DNA of 64,000 nucleotides from Patescibacteria group bacterium (GTDB taxonomy: Bacteria; Patescibacteriota; Minisyncoccia; Moranbacterales; DUUL01): positions 514 to 64,513 of the forward strand of contig WGDO01000087.1 in NCBI GenBank assembly GCA_015493225.1, in the 5' to 3' direction. Below the pieces are notes generated by a model. It had not been told where the DNA came from and ran no database searches. It was given only the letters and a program-made list of their open reading frames with translations. Positions 58,819 to 64,000 of the stretch are shown here, piece by piece; the stretch's first letter is position 1, and every line of letters starts with the position of its first letter. Both the position numbers and the translations under genes were made by a program.

Positions 58819-59727
58819 TTAATAATTCCTTTTTAAAATAATCTCATCGTCTACTTTACTTGCAGTCCAATTTTTAAACAGTTTTATGAATGACTTGTTT
58901 ATTGGATTCTTAGCAAAAGGATTATTAACAAACAAACAATCTTCCCCTATATTTTCAGGATGATTCAAAACTGATTTATCTGAAAACAAAATTCCGCTCA
59001 CAAAATTAAAATCTTCATTAATAAAATAATTAACAGGTACAGATTTATTATTTGATTTATCAATCTTATTTCTATGCAAAAAATTTGTTGCACCTGTTTT
59101 GATATTAATTTGCCTAAACTGTAAACCAAATAACGCTTTCAATACATTTGGTATGTCTGAATCGTCACCATATTTTAAATCGTTTGTATTTATAGCAATA
59201 ATAAATGGCATTTTAAAATCAAACCATTTTTTACTTTTCCAATTTTTATATTGATTCAATGCCTTATCTTTCACAGCTTGTGTGATTCGCAAAATCATTT
59301 TATCAACGGGTACATTTTGAACGCGAATTTCTTCAGGCATTGTTGCGATAAACATTTCGGGAACTGAATCAGGCTTAGCAGGATCACCTTTTGTTGGCGC
59401 AACACATTCGATATAAGCGATTTTATTGATTATAAAATCTGGTCCTTCGTTTTGTGATTGTATTGTTAATCCATTTTTTAAAAATACATTTCCAACATAC
59501 ATTTCCCATGATCTCTGATGAAAATTTGTTCGAATTTGATTCAAGAAATGTCTATCTGCATAAGGTTTGTATTTTACCCACAATTTATCAAATCTCTCTC
59601 GTCTTTCTTTAAAACATCCACTTGCAATAAAATATGGATCATATTGTTGATATAATTCTTTTACCTTTTTTAACTCCTTGTTTGTTTTTATGGAAGGAAG
59701 CCTAATTGTAAAAATAGTATCTTGCAT
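58819..59727 (-). CDS. Hypothetical protein, possibly nuclease-like, immediately downstream of the helicase-nuclease gene
   Basis: 302-aa ORF. It has a weak E...GPDF...IEC pattern reminiscent of PD-(D/E)XK. No confident family call. Confidence 0.4.
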   Translation of the reverse strand: MQDTIFTIRLPSIKTNKELKKVKELYQQYDPYFIASGCFKERRERFDKLWVKYKPYADRHFLNQIRTNFHQRSWEMYVGNVFLKNGLTIQSQNEGPDFIINKIAYIECVAPTKGDPAKPDSVPEMFIATMPEEIRVQNVPVDKMILRITQAVKDKALNQYKNWKSKKWFDFKMPFIIAINTNDLKYGDDSDIPNVLKALFGLQFRQINIKTGATNFLHRNKIDKSNNKSVPVNYFINEDFNFVSGILFSDKSVLNHPENIGEDCLFVNNPFAKNPINKSFIKLFKNWTASKVDDEIILKRNY

Positions 59728-59811
59728 AATTATAAAAATTAAATTTCCTTACTCGCTTTCTCAATCTTTATCTACACTTTCAATTAAACATTTATTGCTA
59801 TCAATCAAATT

Positions 59812-62800
59812 CTATTTCCTCAACTCCCACAAATCAAAGAAATCTTTGGTGATGTCATTGCGTTCGTATTTTTCTTTGAGGAAATTACCGCTTAAAATAT
59901 CCTCAGCAAAATCCTGAATTTGCTCTTCCAGTTCTTTAACTTCCGCTGGAGAAACACTTAACAGTTTTCGCTCAAATTCCCCGGTCTTTCTACTCTTCTC
60001 CATAAAATCCAACATTCCCTCCTCTACTTTAATTTCCGGATGACCAGTTTTTTCATGATATTTATCCAAAAGCAATTTATAAAAAACCAACTGTCGATGT
60101 AAATCTTCTCGTTCATCTTTAAATTTATCCTTATAAGTTCGCCCCGTTTTATAATCCACCACCCGAATTTTATTCCCCGGCAATAATTCTACCTTATCAA
60201 TAATTCCATACAATTTTAATGTCTCACCATTTCTTAATTTCATTGAAGCAAAAACCTTTTTCTCCGTTTCAATATCTAAAATAAATTCATCCTTATAATT
60301 TTGATAATACTCTTTTAATAATTTCTCTCCCCTGGTTTTAATTTCTTTATAATATTTTTCCAACATTGTCGTTGAATTCACCACCTTTTCAAAATATGCC
60401 AATAATTTTTCTTCTGGCAAAACCTTTTTTTCTTGTTTACTAGCCTTAAAAAAATCTTCCAAAGTTTGATGAATAATATTTCCAAAGATTAAAGTTTTAG
60501 TTTGAGTACTAGGCAATCGCAATAAATTACGGAAAAAATATTTCAACGGCGATTGCATATAATTATTCAAAGCAGACACTGACAAAGTATTTTTTAAAAA
60601 TTGTTCTCGCACATACTCCAGGCTAAATACTGACAACGCCTGCTCCTCTTTCGGCTGGAAAAATTTTTGAACTTTTTTCACCACATTTAACTGCTTAACA
60701 TCAACCGGTTCAATAAAATTATCATCAATTTCTGCCAAGAAACGAGAAGCTTTTTTCTCCCGCCCTTCCAAATCCAATTTAGAATAAGTAATAACCACCT
60801 CTTGCTTACCCCGAGTTAGGGCCACATAAAATAATCTTCTTTCATCATCAACCCCACCCTCTATTTTAGAAGTTGGCAATTTGAAAGTTGCTCCATAACG
60901 TCGCCCTGGCCAGATAGAATCAACAAAATTAGTAATATAAACAGTATCAAATTCTAATCCTTTGGAACCATGGGCGGTCATCAAATTCACCCCCTGCCCT
61001 AAATTATCCTGCCCTAAATCAATGGTCACATTATATTTTTCCAGAATATCTATATACTCCAAAAAATCTTTTAACTTATACTCCTTCTTACTAAAAAACT
61101 GTTTCCGTGCTTCATCAAAAATTTTCTCCAACCTTTTGAGGGCCAACGCTGAATCAGCCAACTTTAAAATATATTTCAAAAATCCCGATTCTTTTATAAA
61201 CCACTCAAAGAACTCCAAAAAATCACTGTCTTCTGATTTTTTCCTAACCTCTTTCAATTTATTAGATAAGGCCAAAAATTCAATTGGATGTTCTACCTCT
61301 ATTTCTTCTAAAATCTGTGGGGAAGAAATTATTTTTAGAATGGATTTGTTTTTTAAAATGCCACTTTTAATCGATTCTTTCTCATAGGTCGTAGAAAATT
61401 TTGATTTAGACGACTCTGAGGAAAGCGAGGCGATGCTGGAGTATCGTCGAGTTTTACGAAGTGAGTCTAAATCAGAATTTTCAAGAGCTGGTGGGGAAGA
61501 ATCGGTTGAATGTGGCATTACCCCACGACCTCGATAGTCCATTTTTCGCAACACTTTCAAAATATCAAAAGTGTCCAAGTTTAAAAAATCAACAAACAAC
61601 AACTTTGCCAAAGTTTCATCATCATAGGGATTGGCGACAGCCCGCAAGTACATAATAAGTTTTTTAATTTCCTTATTGTCTAAAATATTTTCCCGAGAAA
61701 AAACTTTATAGGGAATTTCAAACTTATCAAAAATATCCTTAATTTCAAATAGGTTTTTGTTCTGGCGATAGAAAACAGCAATAGAATCCGGGTCTTCACC
61801 ATCTTGAATTCTTTTCTTAATATCCTCCGCCAAAAAAATTAATTCTTCTTTATAATTATTTAATTCCGCCACTTTTATCTTATGCCCAAGATTGGCCACT
61901 TTCTCATTTTTAGCTTGTAACTCAGTATCCCCTGCCAAAACAGAATGAGCCGAATCTAGAATCTGTTGACTGGAACGATAATTATTTTTTAGATTTATAA
62001 CGGTAACATCATCGTACTGTTTTTCAAATTTCAAAAAATTTTCCAAGCTGGCTCCCTGAAAAGCATAGATAGCTTGCTTCTCATCACCAACCGTAAAAAT
62101 ATTGGGACGATTTTCATTGACTTCCGCCCCACCGATTAACTCAATAATTCTATTTTGAGCTCCATTGGTATCTTGATGCTCATCAACTAAAATATATTGA
62201 TACTGTTCCCGCAATAAAGCTAAATACTCCTGATTATTTTCTGCTTCCTGGACCACTGTTAAAATCATATCAGAGAAATCATATAATTTTTGTTTTTCCA
62301 ATTCCTCTTGATATTTTTCATAAATTTCCGCCAACTCTTCTTGCTTACCTCTCTGTTTGATAATTTTATCTTCAATCGCCTTTTTTAAATCACCTTTTTG
62401 CCGGTCGCCAGATTTTCTTTTTAGATAAGCATTTTCTCCCTCTTCCGCCAAAATTCTCTCCTCAATTTTTTCAATACTTTTATGAAAATCTTTCGGTGAA
62501 ATCGCTTCCATTTTTAAATCATTAATAGCACTAATAATATCTCGGGTATAATGATAATCAGAAGCAAAAGTTTTTAAATATTCCAATTCTGTTTCTTGAA
62601 CTAATTTTTCAACTATCTGAATTTGTTGAATGTCTGTTGCCGGTTGAGAAAAAGCAAAGCGACTAAAATATTCTGGATTTTTTTTAATTTGTTCTTCGGC
62701 AAAAGAATGAAAAGTAAAAATATTAACCTGATAAGCCATTTCTACACCAATAAACTCAGTTAATCTTTCTCGCATTGCAAAAACACCAGCATTGGTAAAA

Positions 62801-63012
62801 GTTAACGCTAAAATATTTTCCGCCACATCCGCACCTAGCTTATCGATAATATTAGCAATTCGCAAAGTCAAAATCTGCGTCTTTCCCGTCCCCGGTCCAG
62901 CCACAACCACCACCGGACCATCGATAGTATCCACTGCTTTCTTTTGTTGAGAATTTAACCTTTTATACTCCTCCTCAAACTTCTCCCGATATTCATTTTT
63001 TTCTTTTGGCAT
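59812..63012 (-). CDS. UvrD/PcrA-family SF1 helicase fused to a C-terminal RecB/Cas4-like PD-(D/E)XK nuclease domain
   Basis: Walker A AGPGTGKTQILTLRIA, UvrD motifs (DEHQDTN, QNYRSS), a Ser-rich disordered insertion in the 2B region, and C-terminal GIIDKVEL...VVDYKTG...QLVFYKLL nuclease motifs. Confidence 0.8.
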   Translation of the reverse strand: MPKEKNEYREKFEEEYKRLNSQQKKAVDTIDGPVVVVAGPGTGKTQILTLRIANIIDKLGADVAENILALTFTNAGVFAMRERLTEFIGVEMAYQVNIFTFHSFAEEQIKKNPEYFSRFAFSQPATDIQQIQIVEKLVQETELEYLKTFASDYHYTRDIISAINDLKMEAISPKDFHKSIEKIEERILAEEGENAYLKRKSGDRQKGDLKKAIEDKIIKQRGKQEELAEIYEKYQEELEKQKLYDFSDMILTVVQEAENNQEYLALLREQYQYILVDEHQDTNGAQNRIIELIGGAEVNENRPNIFTVGDEKQAIYAFQGASLENFLKFEKQYDDVTVINLKNNYRSSQQILDSAHSVLAGDTELQAKNEKVANLGHKIKVAELNNYKEELIFLAEDIKKRIQDGEDPDSIAVFYRQNKNLFEIKDIFDKFEIPYKVFSRENILDNKEIKKLIMYLRAVANPYDDETLAKLLFVDFLNLDTFDILKVLRKMDYRGRGVMPHSTDSSPPALENSDLDSLRKTRRYSSIASLSSESSKSKFSTTYEKESIKSGILKNKSILKIISSPQILEEIEVEHPIEFLALSNKLKEVRKKSEDSDFLEFFEWFIKESGFLKYILKLADSALALKRLEKIFDEARKQFFSKKEYKLKDFLEYIDILEKYNVTIDLGQDNLGQGVNLMTAHGSKGLEFDTVYITNFVDSIWPGRRYGATFKLPTSKIEGGVDDERRLFYVALTRGKQEVVITYSKLDLEGREKKASRFLAEIDDNFIEPVDVKQLNVVKKVQKFFQPKEEQALSVFSLEYVREQFLKNTLSVSALNNYMQSPLKYFFRNLLRLPSTQTKTLIFGNIIHQTLEDFFKASKQEKKVLPEEKLLAYFEKVVNSTTMLEKYYKEIKTRGEKLLKEYYQNYKDEFILDIETEKKVFASMKLRNGETLKLYGIIDKVELLPGNKIRVVDYKTGRTYKDKFKDEREDLHRQLVFYKLLLDKYHEKTGHPEIKVEEGMLDFMEKSRKTGEFERKLLSVSPAEVKELEEQIQDFAEDILSGNFLKEKYERNDITKDFFDLWELRK

Positions 63013-63114
63013 AATTTTATTTTTTAAATTAAATTTACTTAGACGTCCGACACCTAAGTAAAAACACCTTGCAACAAAAAATACAAGGTGTTATCAGGCA
63101 CCATTAAAATACAA

Positions 63115-63354
63115 TTATTTTTGTTGACCCCCTTTAAAATTTATTGACTGAGTAACTTCAACCTCACCATCAGGATGCTGTTCATCACAGGTAGCCTTTA
63201 TTTTTATCTCTCCTTCAGACACAAGCTTCTTATCTGGGCCAATAAAATCTACCTTTCTTACAGTTGTAACAACCTTAGCACCATCTGGAATTTTTTCTCC
63301 GCTCTCACTGTTGTCTCCATCTTTTGGTGATTGTTTCTCAAATTTTTCACGCAT
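63115..63354 (-). CDS. Small acidic hypothetical protein
   Basis: 79-aa ORF upstream of the helicase. No family recognised. Confidence 0.3.
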   Translation of the reverse strand: MREKFEKQSPKDGDNSESGEKIPDGAKVVTTVRKVDFIGPDKKLVSEGEIKIKATCDEQHPDGEVEVTQSINFKGGQQK

Positions 63355-63369
63355 ATCTTTATTTTATTT

Positions 63370-63936
63370 TTATTTCAAAATCTTTTTAATAATAATTTTA
63401 ACAACTTTATAAAGGATAAATATCACCAAGGCAATGATAATCAGAACTGGTAAAGTAGCAATGATAAAATAAATTACTCCGTTAATTGTTTTCTGAGAGT
63501 TTAAAACCAAATTATGCAAAGCCTTTTGAGCAACTCGAGCTGGTTTCCACTTAATTGGTGTATTAGCAACTTGCTCATACTCAACTAAACTCACATCAAT
63601 TCTAGACATATCAGTTTGCGATTCCATAAATTTAATTCTTCCCTCTAAACGGTCGATTTCTCCTCGCACTCGCGCCACTTCCCTGGTCACACTCAAAACA
63701 TCATCCAATTTTCCAGAACGTTCCAATAAATTTCGAAAAGTCTCTTCTTCTGCTTTTTTATTTCTAATTTGAGCCTGTAAATCAACATATTCTTCCGTAA
63801 CATCGCTACCACTAATTGATTCAGATAAAACCTGGTCACCAACTGCTTTTATCGCTTTCATCGCTGATTCAAATTGATCCACTGGAACTTTAACTGTTAA
63901 ATTACCACCTAAACCATTTTTGCCCTGTCGATACAA
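63370..63936 (-). CDS. DUF4349-like protein with coiled-coil and C-terminal TM anchor
   Basis: Architecture (amphipathic coiled-coil, then C-terminal hydrophobic helix) and sequence flavour as I recall for DUF4349. The true N-terminus may lie beyond the window edge. Confidence 0.4.
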   Translation of the reverse strand: MYRQGKNGLGGNLTVKVPVDQFESAMKAIKAVGDQVLSESISGSDVTEEYVDLQAQIRNKKAEEETFRNLLERSGKLDDVLSVTREVARVRGEIDRLEGRIKFMESQTDMSRIDVSLVEYEQVANTPIKWKPARVAQKALHNLVLNSQKTINGVIYFIIATLPVLIIIALVIFILYKVVKIIIKKILK

Positions 63937-64000
63937 ATTTACATTGGCAACCTCTCCCTTATATTGTTTGGCAATATTTTTAATCTTCTCAGCACTATCC

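Overview
A 64-kb chromosomal segment with low GC (roughly 30% by eye) and very high coding density. It uses the standard genetic code: the long ORFs (priA, clpC-like, uvrD-like) are intact and end on TGA, so UGA is not recoded. The gene content is housekeeping plus cell-envelope genes: priA, def, fmt, ung, rarA, murC, tsaE, ppaC, rmlB/rmlC and an rmlD-like gene, a WbaP-type sugar transferase, a CapA-family phosphatase, glutamate dehydrogenase, three MFS-like transporters and two rhodanese-domain proteins. There is also a large type IV pilus/competence cluster (about 37.5-51.9 kb: PilX-like, six prepilin-type proteins, pilD, pilC, pilT, pilB, pilO/N/M), with comFC nearby. Non-coding genes I can support directly from the sequence are RNase P RNA (minus strand, about 35.96-36.38 kb, absent from the ORF track), tRNA-Trp(CCA), tRNA-Ser(GCT), tRNA-Ser(CGA) and tRNA-Ser(GGA). 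The window begins inside an IS110-family transposase fragment. My inference is that this is a Patescibacteria/CPR-type genome (small, AT-rich, DUF4012, rhodaneses, type IV pilus plus ComF).

The most unusual feature is an exceptionally dense set of short repeat families. I see long GC-clamped hairpin elements (cacccccTGTGTAAAgggggtcaaa...tttgggggttttt), tandem arrays of aaatccacccctaacccctcctttNNNaaaggaggggaa palindromic units, (ctactatc)n and aattcttaatt motifs, (gttcacN)4, and caagatacaa...ttgtatcttg long palindromes. These repeats behave like Rickettsia palindromic elements. One copy sits in-frame inside a NUDIX hydrolase gene, another sits in-frame inside rarA, one splits the rmlD-like gene with a frameshift, and several supply the last codons and stop codon of genes (murC and the rmlD-like gene both end ...IKN*). 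No CRISPR array, cas gene or rRNA is present.
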